Shown here in pieces: positions 7,197 through 15,149 of a DNA stretch of 32,000 nt (position 1 is its first letter; the number at the start of each line of letters is the position of its first letter). The notes beneath the pieces are model-generated. The model was not told where the DNA came from. It did no database searches and saw only the letters and a program-made list of their open reading frames with translations. Location: positions 88,043 through 120,042 of the forward strand of contig CACZBK010000004.1 in the NCBI GenBank assembly GCA_902779395.1. The letters run 5' to 3'. This stretch comes from an uncultured Lachnospiraceae bacterium. Its GTDB lineage: Bacteria; Bacillota; Clostridia; Lachnospirales; Lachnospiraceae. The translations under genes and the position numbers were made by a program.

Positions 7197-8573
7197 TTAT
7201 AAATTTGATTCCATCATGTAGATACGTTTAAGAGCTGTATTTACAAGCTCCTCAGAGATCGTACCATCCTCTATCGCACCAAGCATCGCATCACGCGCTT
7301 CATTAAACGCTATACTGCTGCGAACATAGATAAGATCAGTGCCGGCAATGAAAGATTTGATCGCGGCAGCACCGGGTGTAACAGATGAAGTACATGCCGG
7401 CTGATCGAGAGGAGCGCTTACGATCACCCCTTCAAACCCCAGTTCATTTCGCAGTACATTGGTGATGATCTCCTCCGACATAGAACAGGAATCCTCACCT
7501 GAACCGGCATTTGAAGCTACTATATTGCTTATCATGATCATATCCGCTCCGGCTTCTATCCCCGAAATAAACGGCTTATATTCGCACTCTGCAAGCTCTT
7601 CCTGATTCTTTTCGGTATTTATACCCACTACATCAGGATTATTGACAGTACCGCCCTCTCCGGGAAAAGCTGCAAGACAGCTTAATATCCCGCCTTTATC
7701 AAGTCCCTCTACAGCCGCTGCTGTCATAGATGCAGCTATATCCGCATCATCAGAAAAAACCCTGTCAGCAAGGAAGGCATTTTCCACGGTTTTCACCGCA
7801 GCCTGGGGAGCGATATTAACATCAATGCCGTATTCCTTAAGATAAGATGCTATAGCCTCATAACTCTCTGTCACATTATCACGGTTCCCGGTCTCCGCCA
7901 GCTCACGTGCGCTTGGCTGCACGTCCACCTCTTCAATATGACCGCCCAGAGTGGCAAACCCGCCTTCTTCATCTACCAGCGCGAGCATATCATGATTATA
8001 GATCTCCCTGTACATGCTCTTAGTTGTTGATACCAGATCCTTAAACTGTTCCGATGCCACCACATTCTTAGCTGAATAGACCACGCCGGCTACAGCATAT
8101 TGATTAAGAGCCTCTCGCGTGCCGTCTCCTGCCATTGTAGCAGTTGCAACACCGGTTATTGCTTCGGGGCTTACTATAAACAGCCCGTCGACTTTCTGTT
8201 CTATGCTCATCCCTTCCAGACGATCCAGTATCTCCTGTTCTTCTTCGGGGACCTCTTCCGTTATCTGCTCACCGGTCTCTTCGATGATCTCATCTATGGG
8301 ATCAGGAGCCGCGATAACACCTCCGTTTTCACTGACCTGCGCTTCATCCTCGGTTTCATCCGCGGATACCGTCCCCTGCCCATCCTGAGTATTGTTTCCT
8401 GTCCCGGCTGCCGATGCCGATAGTTTTCTTCCAAGTGTATCTGCTATAGCATATGATCCCAGACCAAGTATAGCTATCATGATAACAAGACCTACCCAGC
8501 AGAGTATCTGATTCCTGACCCTGCGCATATGTCTTATCTGTCTTCTGTCTAAACTGTTCTTATCCATGACCAC
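7197..8573 (-). CDS. Membrane-anchored glycoside hydrolase family 3 protein (beta-N-acetylhexosaminidase/NagZ-like)
   Basis: 458 aa. It has an N-terminal transmembrane segment (ILCWVGLVIMIAILGLGSYAI), then an acidic linker, then the GH3 N-terminal domain signatures (LALVDEEGGFATL resembling DQEGG, and AFPGEGG resembling KHFPGHG). Confidence 0.8.
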   Translation of the reverse strand: MVMDKNSLDRRQIRHMRRVRNQILCWVGLVIMIAILGLGSYAIADTLGRKLSASAAGTGNNTQDGQGTVSADETEDEAQVSENGGVIAAPDPIDEIIEETGEQITEEVPEEEQEILDRLEGMSIEQKVDGLFIVSPEAITGVATATMAGDGTREALNQYAVAGVVYSAKNVVASEQFKDLVSTTKSMYREIYNHDMLALVDEEGGFATLGGHIEEVDVQPSARELAETGNRDNVTESYEAIASYLKEYGIDVNIAPQAAVKTVENAFLADRVFSDDADIAASMTAAAVEGLDKGGILSCLAAFPGEGGTVNNPDVVGINTEKNQEELAECEYKPFISGIEAGADMIMISNIVASNAGSGEDSCSMSEEIITNVLRNELGFEGVIVSAPLDQPACTSSVTPGAAAIKSFIAGTDLIYVRSSIAFNEARDAMLGAIEDGTISEELVNTALKRIYMMESNL

Positions 8574-8597
8574 CCTCCACGTTATGTAAACGCGAAT

Positions 8598-8626
8598 ATA
8601 ATAACACGATATGGTGATCTTTGCAA
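8598..8626 (-). promoter_or_regulatory. sigma-A type promoter (extended -10) of the GH3 gene
   Basis: Minus-sense TTGCAA (8621-8626), 17-nt spacer ending in TGT, TATTAT (8598-8603). It sits about 25 nt upstream of the GGAGGGTGG Shine-Dalgarno and the ATG at 8573. Confidence 0.55.
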
Positions 8627-8669
8627 GCCAACATTAAAAGGAGCATACAAAATGTTGCGCACACATGAT

Positions 8670-9145
8670 GAATGCCCTTGCAGATATTGTATCTTTCTGC
8701 AAGGGCATTCATACTGATTCACTCTCCAATGGACCATACCTCCTTAACACTTAGTCCGATCATCAAGCTGTGTCCGTGATCCGGTTTTACGGCGGACGTT
8801 CCATATTCTGTTGACCTGCTTCCCGATCATCCCTGCCTATCATCCTCCATCTCTGCACTTATGCTGCGACGGTTGAAATATGTTCCTCGCCGCTTTCCTT
8901 TCGATGAAACCTAAATAAGCTGTCTGATCCGGTTCTCCTGTACCCTGCCTGCTTCCTGCGGATGATATGATCAAATAATTAAATCTCATCCTGCTCCTGC
9001 GCAGTTCCTAGAGTACTTCAATTAAGTGTCGGGTGGACTGTACCTCTCTTTCCAACCTGGCGGGATACTCATTTCTGCTCTTCTGATTATTTGCAGTTCC
9101 TGTATCCCTTATCTATGTTATCAACAAGTTCTTTCTTGTTGTTAT
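8670..9145 (-). ncRNA. Candidate unclassified structured noncoding transcript (or long independent leader), about 480 nt
   Basis: It lies between a near-consensus promoter (9152-9179) and a 15-bp hairpin (8670-8710). There is no ORF of 60 aa or more on either strand. The sense strand is purine-rich. Several local stems are visible (CAACAAG/CTTGTTG, GGGATAC/GTATCCC, GCGGCG/CGTCGC). A possible long-range pairing is ACACTTA/TAAGTGT. An internal duplicated module is present. The 5' end is inferred from the promoter and the 3' end from the hairpin. Confidence 0.4.
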
Positions 9146-9151
9146 GTGTAT

Positions 9152-9179
9152 ATCTTACCATAATATTTTAAAATGTCAA
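9152..9179 (-). promoter_or_regulatory. Strong sigma-A promoter with extended -10 and no downstream CDS
   Basis: Minus-sense TTGACA (9174-9179), 16-nt spacer ending in TGG, TAAGAT (9152-9157), preceded by an AT-rich UP-like tract (AAAAATTTTTAAAAAAATTACGAAAAAGTA). Confidence 0.6.
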
Positions 9180-9228
9180 TACTTTTTCGTAATTTTTTTA
9201 AAAATTTTTTATACATCTCAAAACAGGC

Positions 9229-9260
9229 AAAAAAAGCGGGAAAACAGGACGTTTTCCCGC
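9229..9260 (-). terminator. Rho-independent terminator of the hom/aspartate-kinase operon
   Basis: Minus-sense GCGGGAAAAC-GTCCT-GTTTTCCCGC (10-bp stem) followed by TTTTTTT, about 100 nt after the aspartate kinase stop codon. Confidence 0.85.
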
Positions 9261-9360
9261 TAAGAAGCTTCCGCCTCATTAAGTACTCACTTAAGCTCCT
9301 CGGGTAAGTTCGCACTAAATTCGGACTGCGCCTCCGGCTTGTCCTCACTAAGTGCTCTAC

Positions 9361-10569
9361 TTATTCCTCCAGGCCGAAAATATCATGGGCAGCATTCATG
9401 GCCTTTTCCACTTCCTTCTCGTCGATCAGTACCGTAACGCGGATCTCGGAAGTAGAGATCATCTTTATATTGATATTTGAATTGTAGAGACATTCGAACA
9501 TCTTTGCCGCAACACCGGGGTTGCTCATCATGCCGGCACCTACAACAGAAACCTTGGCAACACCCTTTTCACATTCAAGCTTCTCATATTTAAGTCTTGC
9601 CTTGTTAGCCTCTATCACCTTGATAGCATCATCAGCATAATCGCCCGTTACGGTAAATGCTATATCCTGGGTTCCGTCACGGCCTACAGACTGCAGGATC
9701 ATATCCACATTGATCTTTTCCTGAGCCAGGGCATCAAAGAGCCTGAAAGCCGAACCGGGCTTATCACTCAGACCTACAACCGAGATCTTAGCGCAATTTT
9801 TATCGGATGCTACACCGCTTACCAACATTCTTTCCACTTTTACTTCCTCCTTCACAACTGTGCCTTCTTCATTTGTAAGACTTGATCTTACCACCAGCGC
9901 CACGCCGTATTTCTTTGCCAGCTCTACCGAACGGTTATGCAGGACACCTGCACCAAGAGTAGCCAGATCCAGCATTTCATCATATGTTATCTCGTCAAGC
10001 TTGCGGGCTTTTTTAACGATCCTGGGATCGGCCGTATAAACGCCGTCCACATCGGTATATATCTCACAGGCATCAGCCTTGAGTGCCGCTGCCAATGCCA
10101 CAGCCGTGGTATCCGATCCGCCGCGTCCAAGCGTAGTGTAATCACCATACTTATTGATGCCCTGGAACCCGGTCACCAGTACGATCTTCTTCTGATCCAG
10201 CTCATGACGTATGCGCTCTGTATCGATACGCTTTAAACGTGCATTGCTGTATGTTGACGTAGTATGCATAGCCACCTGAAAAGCGTTCAGTGAGATCGCG
10301 GGAATGCCGAGCGTAGCAAAAGCCATTGCCGCAAGTGACACCGAAGTCTGTTCGCCTGTAGTCAGAAGCATGTCCATCTCTCTTCGCGACGGTTCGGGAT
10401 TGATATTCTTCGCCATCTCGATAAGCTCATCGGTCATTTTTCCCATGGCCGAAAGCACCACCACCACATCATTTCCTTTTTTGTATTCGTCGGCACAGCG
10501 CCTGCAAACATTAAGGATACGCTCCTTATTTGCTACGGAAGTACCGCCGAACTTCTTAACGATAAGCAT
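9361..10569 (-). CDS. Aspartate kinase (monofunctional, with C-terminal ACT domains)
   Basis: 402 aa. The N-terminus MLIVKKFGGTSV carries the KFGGTS motif, and GRGGSDTTAVALAAAL is present. The C-terminal ACT-like repeats end in TSEIRVTVLID. Confidence 0.9.
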   Translation of the reverse strand: MLIVKKFGGTSVANKERILNVCRRCADEYKKGNDVVVVLSAMGKMTDELIEMAKNINPEPSRREMDMLLTTGEQTSVSLAAMAFATLGIPAISLNAFQVAMHTTSTYSNARLKRIDTERIRHELDQKKIVLVTGFQGINKYGDYTTLGRGGSDTTAVALAAALKADACEIYTDVDGVYTADPRIVKKARKLDEITYDEMLDLATLGAGVLHNRSVELAKKYGVALVVRSSLTNEEGTVVKEEVKVERMLVSGVASDKNCAKISVVGLSDKPGSAFRLFDALAQEKINVDMILQSVGRDGTQDIAFTVTGDYADDAIKVIEANKARLKYEKLECEKGVAKVSVVGAGMMSNPGVAAKMFECLYNSNINIKMISTSEIRVTVLIDEKEVEKAMNAAHDIFGLEE

Positions 10570-10582
10570 AATCTCCTCCCTT

Positions 10583-11782
10583 TTACATCCTTATATATCC
10601 GATCACGCCGTCTAAACCGGCGATCGCTTTCTTAAATCCGCCTTCTGTCATCACTTCGGTGAAATAGCCTTTCTCACCTGCAGCAATTCCCTCAATCACT
10701 TTATCTTTTGTTTTCACCGCCGCTTTAAAAGCCCCGGCGGCTTCGTCCTTGACTCTTACAAAATAGCTCTGTTCAAGCCCTTCGATATCCGCAAGTTTTG
10801 CTTCCTCTTCCGCCCAGCCGCAGCTGACGGTCTTGCCGATATTATTTGCACATTCCACCGCATCACCCACTACCGCTGATGCGGTGGCAAGCTTTCCGGC
10901 ACCACGGCCATAATACATGGAATCATCAAGCATGTCCGAATGGATCAGCACTCCGTTAAACACATCCTTAACAACCGACAGAGGATTTGAGCTGTCCAAA
11001 AGCCTGGGGCTTACCATGCAGCAGCATCCGCCATCCTTAAACTCACTCATTGCTATCAGCTTTATGCACATGCCTGCAGCTTTTGCATATTCGATATCTT
11101 TTATGCTCAGATCCTTGATACCTTCCATAAGTATCTTTGTATAATCAACTTTTTTACCCGTAACCAGAGATGCCAGGATCGCTATCTTCCGGCAGGGATC
11201 ATGCCCCTCTATATCAGCCGTAGGATCTTTTTCCGCATATCCGAATTCCTGCGCTTCACAAAGAGCAGCCTTAAAATCCAGCCCGGCCGTTTCCATGCGA
11301 TGCAGTATATAATTCGTTGTACCGTTAAGAATACCGTAGATACGCTCTATCTTCTCTGCCGTAAGGGCTTCGTTTATCGTACGTATCAAAGGGATGCCTC
11401 CGCCTACGGATGCCTCAAAAAGATAACTGCAGGAATGCTCTCTCGCAATACGTGAAAGCTCGGCTCCGTATTTTTCAACAAGCTCTTTATTGGAAGTACA
11501 GACACTCTTTCCGGCCTCCAGCGCCTGTTTTGTATAATCATACGCAAAAGTGGCTCCACCCATGGTCTCACATACTATCTTTACCTCAGGATCATTCATG
11601 ATGATACCGGCATCTTTTACCAGCCTGTCCTCAAAAGGATCACCCGGAAAATCCCTGAGATCAAGTATATACTTAACATGCAGACCTTCACAGCGCATTG
11701 AGATCACATCGCGGTTCTTTTCAATAACCTCAACCACTCCGCTACCTACCGTGCCGTAGCCCATTACAGCAACTTCTGCCAT
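10583..11782 (-). CDS. hom: Homoserine dehydrogenase
   Basis: 399 aa. It has the N-terminal Rossmann motif VAVMGYGTVGSGV, the central catalytic region (GILNGTTNYIL, YAEKDPTADIEGHD) and a C-terminal regulatory domain. It lies immediately upstream of aspartate kinase in the same operon. Confidence 0.9.
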   Translation of the reverse strand: MAEVAVMGYGTVGSGVVEVIEKNRDVISMRCEGLHVKYILDLRDFPGDPFEDRLVKDAGIIMNDPEVKIVCETMGGATFAYDYTKQALEAGKSVCTSNKELVEKYGAELSRIAREHSCSYLFEASVGGGIPLIRTINEALTAEKIERIYGILNGTTNYILHRMETAGLDFKAALCEAQEFGYAEKDPTADIEGHDPCRKIAILASLVTGKKVDYTKILMEGIKDLSIKDIEYAKAAGMCIKLIAMSEFKDGGCCCMVSPRLLDSSNPLSVVKDVFNGVLIHSDMLDDSMYYGRGAGKLATASAVVGDAVECANNIGKTVSCGWAEEEAKLADIEGLEQSYFVRVKDEAAGAFKAAVKTKDKVIEGIAAGEKGYFTEVMTEGGFKKAIAGLDGVIGYIRM

Positions 11783-11890
11783 TTGTTATCCCTCTTTTCT
11801 ATAATAAAATAAAAAGATCATTTGCTTTATTTTGGATGCCGGCATATTTATGTTGCGTCATGATCACTGCATCAAAAAAAGCTGTCAAAC

Positions 11891-11919
11891 ATACTACCAC
11901 AATTATCATCCCGTGGCAA
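11891..11919 (-). promoter_or_regulatory. sigma-A type promoter (extended -10) of the hom/aspartate-kinase operon
   Basis: Minus-sense TTGCCA (11914-11919), 17-nt spacer ending in TGG, TAGTAT (11891-11896). Confidence 0.5.
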
Positions 11920-11927
11920 TCGTTTTT

Positions 11928-12524
11928 TTACAACAGCTTTTCCATGGCAGAAAGATGTTTTTTCACTTCCATGAGATATCGTTCCGGTGCGAAAACCGGC
12001 GATCTGTATGAATCGTTCATAAGAGCTTCTATTGTATAATCGAGCATATCGGTAAGAAGAAGATAATCCTCATGATCACGTAAAGCAGAATAATCAGCCT
12101 GCAGCATTATCTTCGAAAGAGCTTCCGCATATTTCTGCCGCGGCTCTTTTATCAGCTCGGAAACATCAGGATCTTCTTCCCTTAAGATACTGTATAAAAA
12201 CAGCGGCAGGTAAGGATATTTTTCCATCATGACCATCTTACACTCTTCTATCGAATAACGTACAGAGAAATAATCCGTACCGTTCTTTATCTGGTGCATC
12301 GACAGCTCCAGCATGGCATATTTAAGTCCGTAACTTGCCACAAAGGAATACAGACCGGGTTTGTTTTCAAAATAATGAAACCAAAGGCCTTTGCTCACAC
12401 CGCACACCCTGACCATTTCATCAGTGGAAGCATGACGATATCCGTAACGGGCAAATATCTGCATCGCACCGTTTATCATCTTATCCTGTTTTTCTTTTTT
12501 CAGGGAATAAAATTTTTCGTTCAT
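11928..12524 (-). CDS. TetR/AcrR family transcriptional regulator
   Basis: 198 aa. The N-terminal helix-turn-helix is INGAMQIFARYGYRHASTDEMVRVCGVSKGLWFHYFENK. Confidence 0.85.
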   Translation of the reverse strand: MNEKFYSLKKEKQDKMINGAMQIFARYGYRHASTDEMVRVCGVSKGLWFHYFENKPGLYSFVASYGLKYAMLELSMHQIKNGTDYFSVRYSIEECKMVMMEKYPYLPLFLYSILREEDPDVSELIKEPRQKYAEALSKIMLQADYSALRDHEDYLLLTDMLDYTIEALMNDSYRSPVFAPERYLMEVKKHLSAMEKLL

Positions 12525-12661
12525 AAGCCCTCTTGGTTGACCGTTTTAGTCTATCGGATATATTATCATATTTTCATGATTTTTCAACTCTATCCCTTTT
12601 CTTTTTTGTACTTTTGTATTAAAATATAGAAAATCTTATTTTTGAAAGGAGAATTGGGATC

Positions 12662-13063
12662 ATGAAAAAAATCGGAGGCTTATTTGTTTTCGCACTTGCT
12701 GCCGGTGCTGCTGCCGCAGGAGTATATCATTATCTCCAGACCAGAGAAAAGGAACTTGCTGACATTGATGATTTCGATGATCTGGACAATATGGAAGATG
12801 ATTCTTCAAACCGCAGCTATGTAAATCTCGACAATGTAAAGAAATTTGCCGGTGACGCTGTAGAAAAAGCTAAGGAAGTTGCAAAAGGTGCGGTAGAGAC
12901 TGTTTCAAAGACCGTAGCAGATCTCAGAAAAGACGACGATGAAAAGGATGACTCAGCGGATGTTGAAGTTGTAAAGGACGAAGAAGGCGATAAGACAGAT
13001 AGCGCCAAGGAATCGGATGACAGCGAAGATTTCTTTGATGACAACACAAACGACGAAGATTAA
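12662..13063 (+). CDS. Small membrane-anchored, highly acidic protein (YtxH-like N-terminus), function unknown
   Basis: 133 aa. A GGAGAATTGGGATC Shine-Dalgarno region precedes the ATG. It has an N-terminal hydrophobic helix (GGLFVFALAAGAAAAGVYHYL), a D/E-rich tail and a strong terminator downstream. This is the only plus-strand gene in the window. Confidence 0.65.
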   Translation: MKKIGGLFVFALAAGAAAAGVYHYLQTREKELADIDDFDDLDNMEDDSSNRSYVNLDNVKKFAGDAVEKAKEVAKGAVETVSKTVADLRKDDDEKDDSADVEVVKDEEGDKTDSAKESDDSEDFFDDNTNDED

Positions 13064-13077
13064 CATTTGAAGCTAAA

Positions 13078-13110
13078 ATCCCCCGTGCAGATGCGCGGGG
13101 GATATTTTAT
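13078..13110. terminator. Bidirectional Rho-independent terminator between convergent genes
   Basis: ATCCCCCGTGC-AGAT-GCGCGGGGGAT followed by ATTTTATT. An AAAA run sits on the other side, serving the histidine kinase transcript. Confidence 0.8.
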
Positions 13111-13132
13111 TACCGGCACACGCCGGTCATTT

Positions 13133-14440
13133 CTATACCTTTCTTATCATCAGCTCCACAACAAAACCGTTATCGTTATAATACTCCATTCCGCCGCCCA
13201 TCTTGTTCATATAGCACTTGACCAGATAAAGCCCCAGGCCATAGCCGTTATTTTCCTTGGCATTCTTTCCGCGGTAATACTTCTCGGCTATCAGCGGCAG
13301 ATCCTCTTCGGATACGCCCGGTCCGCTGTCACTTATCCTTATGCAGATGAAGCTTCCTTCTTTGCCGTCCGCCATCAGTATACTGTCCATCTGCTCAAAG
13401 CTCACTTTTATCTCCGTGCCGGCATACTTATGGCTGTTGCCTATGACATTATCGATGACCTGTTCCATCCTGAGCCTGTCCATCAAAACCAGACACGGCG
13501 GTATATGGTCTTCTATCGTGATCTTTCCGTAACCGTCCAGCTTTCTGATAAACTCTTCTATCTCGGTCGAGTTTTCTTCCTCTGCCTTAACCTCTATAAG
13601 CTCCAGCTCTTCCATATTGGCGTGCATCATCTCGCTCATTAGCAGACCGATGGTATCAGCCTTGGACGTTATAACAGAAGTAAGCCCCAGCACCTCCTGT
13701 GCCCTTTTATCTGTTTCCTCCGCTGTTTGTACTTCCTTCATAGCTTCCAGCTTAAGATCCAGTACCTCGGTCGTAGCCTTTATGACGGAAAGCGGCGTCT
13801 TGATATCATGGCTTAAGGACGCCACCAGCTCCTTCCTGGCTATCTCCGCTTCTATCTCACGCGCTCTGGCAGCCTTTAACTCTTCGCGCATGATATCAAA
13901 AGCCTCAGTAAAGCTGCCGAATATATTTACCCTGTGTCTGGGCAGTCTGATATCCAGATTTCCCTTAGCTATCTCACGTGAGAAATTCTCCAGCTGATGC
14001 AGCGGTCTTGCATAAAAAAGCCAGATCAGAAACAGCAGAAGATATCCGCTGCAGAGTACTATCCCCCAGAGTATCAGGGAGGCTTTCAGAAAATCCGCTT
14101 TCGTCTGTTCAAATCTGTTGAGCTCGTCCTTCCAGGCGATCTTTCCCAGGTATTCGCCGCCCGGAGCAAAATCCAGCACAAAAGCATACGAACTGTACAG
14201 TTCAGCCAGCTCAGGATCATCCAGCTCCTTCGACATAATAATATAGCAGCCGTATCTGGCTTCCAGTCCTTCTTCCGACATTCCCTGTAAAAAGTCCTCT
14301 TCCGCCTTATACAGCTGATCGTTGTAATAAACGATATCACGTTTGGTATATGTGTATTTCCCGCTCACGTTAAAGAAGATAAGTGCCGCTCCCAGCATGA
14401 ACAGGGTAAAGAATACTGCCAGATTCCTTATTGCATTCAT
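13133..14440 (-). CDS. Sensor histidine kinase (two transmembrane segments, HAMP, HisKA, HATPase_c)
   Basis: 435 aa. The H-box is SLSHDIKTPLSVIKA and the G-box is NGYGLGLYLVK. Two hydrophobic segments flank an extracytoplasmic region of about 100 aa. Its start overlaps the response regulator stop (ATGA). Confidence 0.9.
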   Translation of the reverse strand: MNAIRNLAVFFTLFMLGAALIFFNVSGKYTYTKRDIVYYNDQLYKAEEDFLQGMSEEGLEARYGCYIIMSKELDDPELAELYSSYAFVLDFAPGGEYLGKIAWKDELNRFEQTKADFLKASLILWGIVLCSGYLLLFLIWLFYARPLHQLENFSREIAKGNLDIRLPRHRVNIFGSFTEAFDIMREELKAARAREIEAEIARKELVASLSHDIKTPLSVIKATTEVLDLKLEAMKEVQTAEETDKRAQEVLGLTSVITSKADTIGLLMSEMMHANMEELELIEVKAEEENSTEIEEFIRKLDGYGKITIEDHIPPCLVLMDRLRMEQVIDNVIGNSHKYAGTEIKVSFEQMDSILMADGKEGSFICIRISDSGPGVSEEDLPLIAEKYYRGKNAKENNGYGLGLYLVKCYMNKMGGGMEYYNDNGFVVELMIRKV

Positions 14441-15144
14441 AGCTTAAGATAATACCCCGTTCCCCAGACCGTCTTTATATATTTCGGATTCTTGGGATCC
14501 TCTTCTATCTTTTCCCTTAACCTTCTGATATGCACATTTAATGTAGAATCGCTGAAGAAGGTATCTCCCCACACTTCATCGAAAAGATCTTCTTTCTTTA
14601 CTATCGCATTCCTGTGCCTGTAAAGGCAGTCAAGCAGCGCATATTCCTTGGCTTTCAGTTCAACCCGCCTGCCTTCTGCCACGACCGACATCGTCGCCGG
14701 TTCGAGCTTAAGTACCTCCGAAGCATCGCCATCCGTGTCAGATGCAGGTGAAGCAGCCGTTGCCGAAGACTGTTTCATCTGTTCCATTCTCTTTAACAGG
14801 ATCTTTACCTTTGCCAGCAGCACTGAAAGGCTGTAGGGCTTTTTAACATAATCATCCCCGCCGATGGTCAGGGCGATGAGTACATCATCATCACTCTGTC
14901 TGGCGCTTATGAACAGTATGGGAAGCTGCATATCCTCGCGGAGCTTTTTGCAGACATCGAAGCCAGAACCGTCTCCCAGATTGATATCCAGAAGTATCAG
15001 ATCCGCAGTGTTTTCTTCAAAGAATGCAAAACAGCTTTCCTTACCGTCCACATATTCGCAGCTTAAGCCGAAGGCCTTAAAATATTCGGCCGTCATGCGT
15101 GCCAGATCGGTCTCATCATCAACTATCAGACAATTATAATGCAT
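14437..15144 (-). CDS. OmpR/PhoB-family response regulator
   Basis: 235 aa. The receiver domain reads CLIVDDE...LILLDINLGDGSG...KP. The winged-helix output domain reads TLNVHIRRLREKIE..YIKTVWGTGY. A Ser/Ala/Asp-rich linker joins them. Confidence 0.9.
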   Translation of the reverse strand: MHYNCLIVDDETDLARMTAEYFKAFGLSCEYVDGKESCFAFFEENTADLILLDINLGDGSGFDVCKKLREDMQLPILFISARQSDDDVLIALTIGGDDYVKKPYSLSVLLAKVKILLKRMEQMKQSSATAASPASDTDGDASEVLKLEPATMSVVAEGRRVELKAKEYALLDCLYRHRNAIVKKEDLFDEVWGDTFFSDSTLNVHIRRLREKIEEDPKNPKYIKTVWGTGYYLKL

Positions 15145-15149
15145 ATCCC

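Noticed and set aside
8588-8990. Small ORFs inside the candidate ncRNA: a 49-aa MRFNYLIISSAG... ORF starting near 8987 and a 51-aa MVHWRVNQYECPC... ORF starting near 8730
   Set aside because: Shine-Dalgarno spacing is too short in both cases (AGGAG plus 4 nt, and GGAGG plus 1 nt). The second ORF reads straight through the 15-bp hairpin and the GH3 promoter. Neither has recognisable motifs. They cannot be fully excluded without ribosome profiling.
8670-9145. RNase P RNA, tmRNA or a known riboswitch (lysine, cobalamin, TPP, SAM, FMN, glmS, M-box, T-box, ZTP, cyclic dinucleotide) in the long spacer
   Set aside because: The diagnostic strings are absent. GAGAGGTACAGTCC is not GAGGAAAGTCC. There is no ACAGAAnnnGGCTTA, no tmRNA tag or TTCGA-type 3' end, no T-box GGTGGTACCGCG and no B12 box. 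GGTCAACAGAA resembles a fragment of the M-box, but the rest of that motif is missing.
9142-9348. 68-aa minus-strand ORF from the track (MRTSRRRSPNLV...)
   Set aside because: It spans the aspartate kinase 3' UTR, the operon terminator hairpin and the AT-rich promoter region. The composition is Arg/Lys/Ser-rich junk with no Shine-Dalgarno. It is most likely a chance ORF.
9261-9360. Lysine riboswitch suggested by GGAGGCGC just after the aspartate kinase stop
   Set aside because: It lies downstream of the gene, not upstream. It is only about 100 nt long. It lacks the remaining L-box helices and conserved loops, so the resemblance is limited to one short string.
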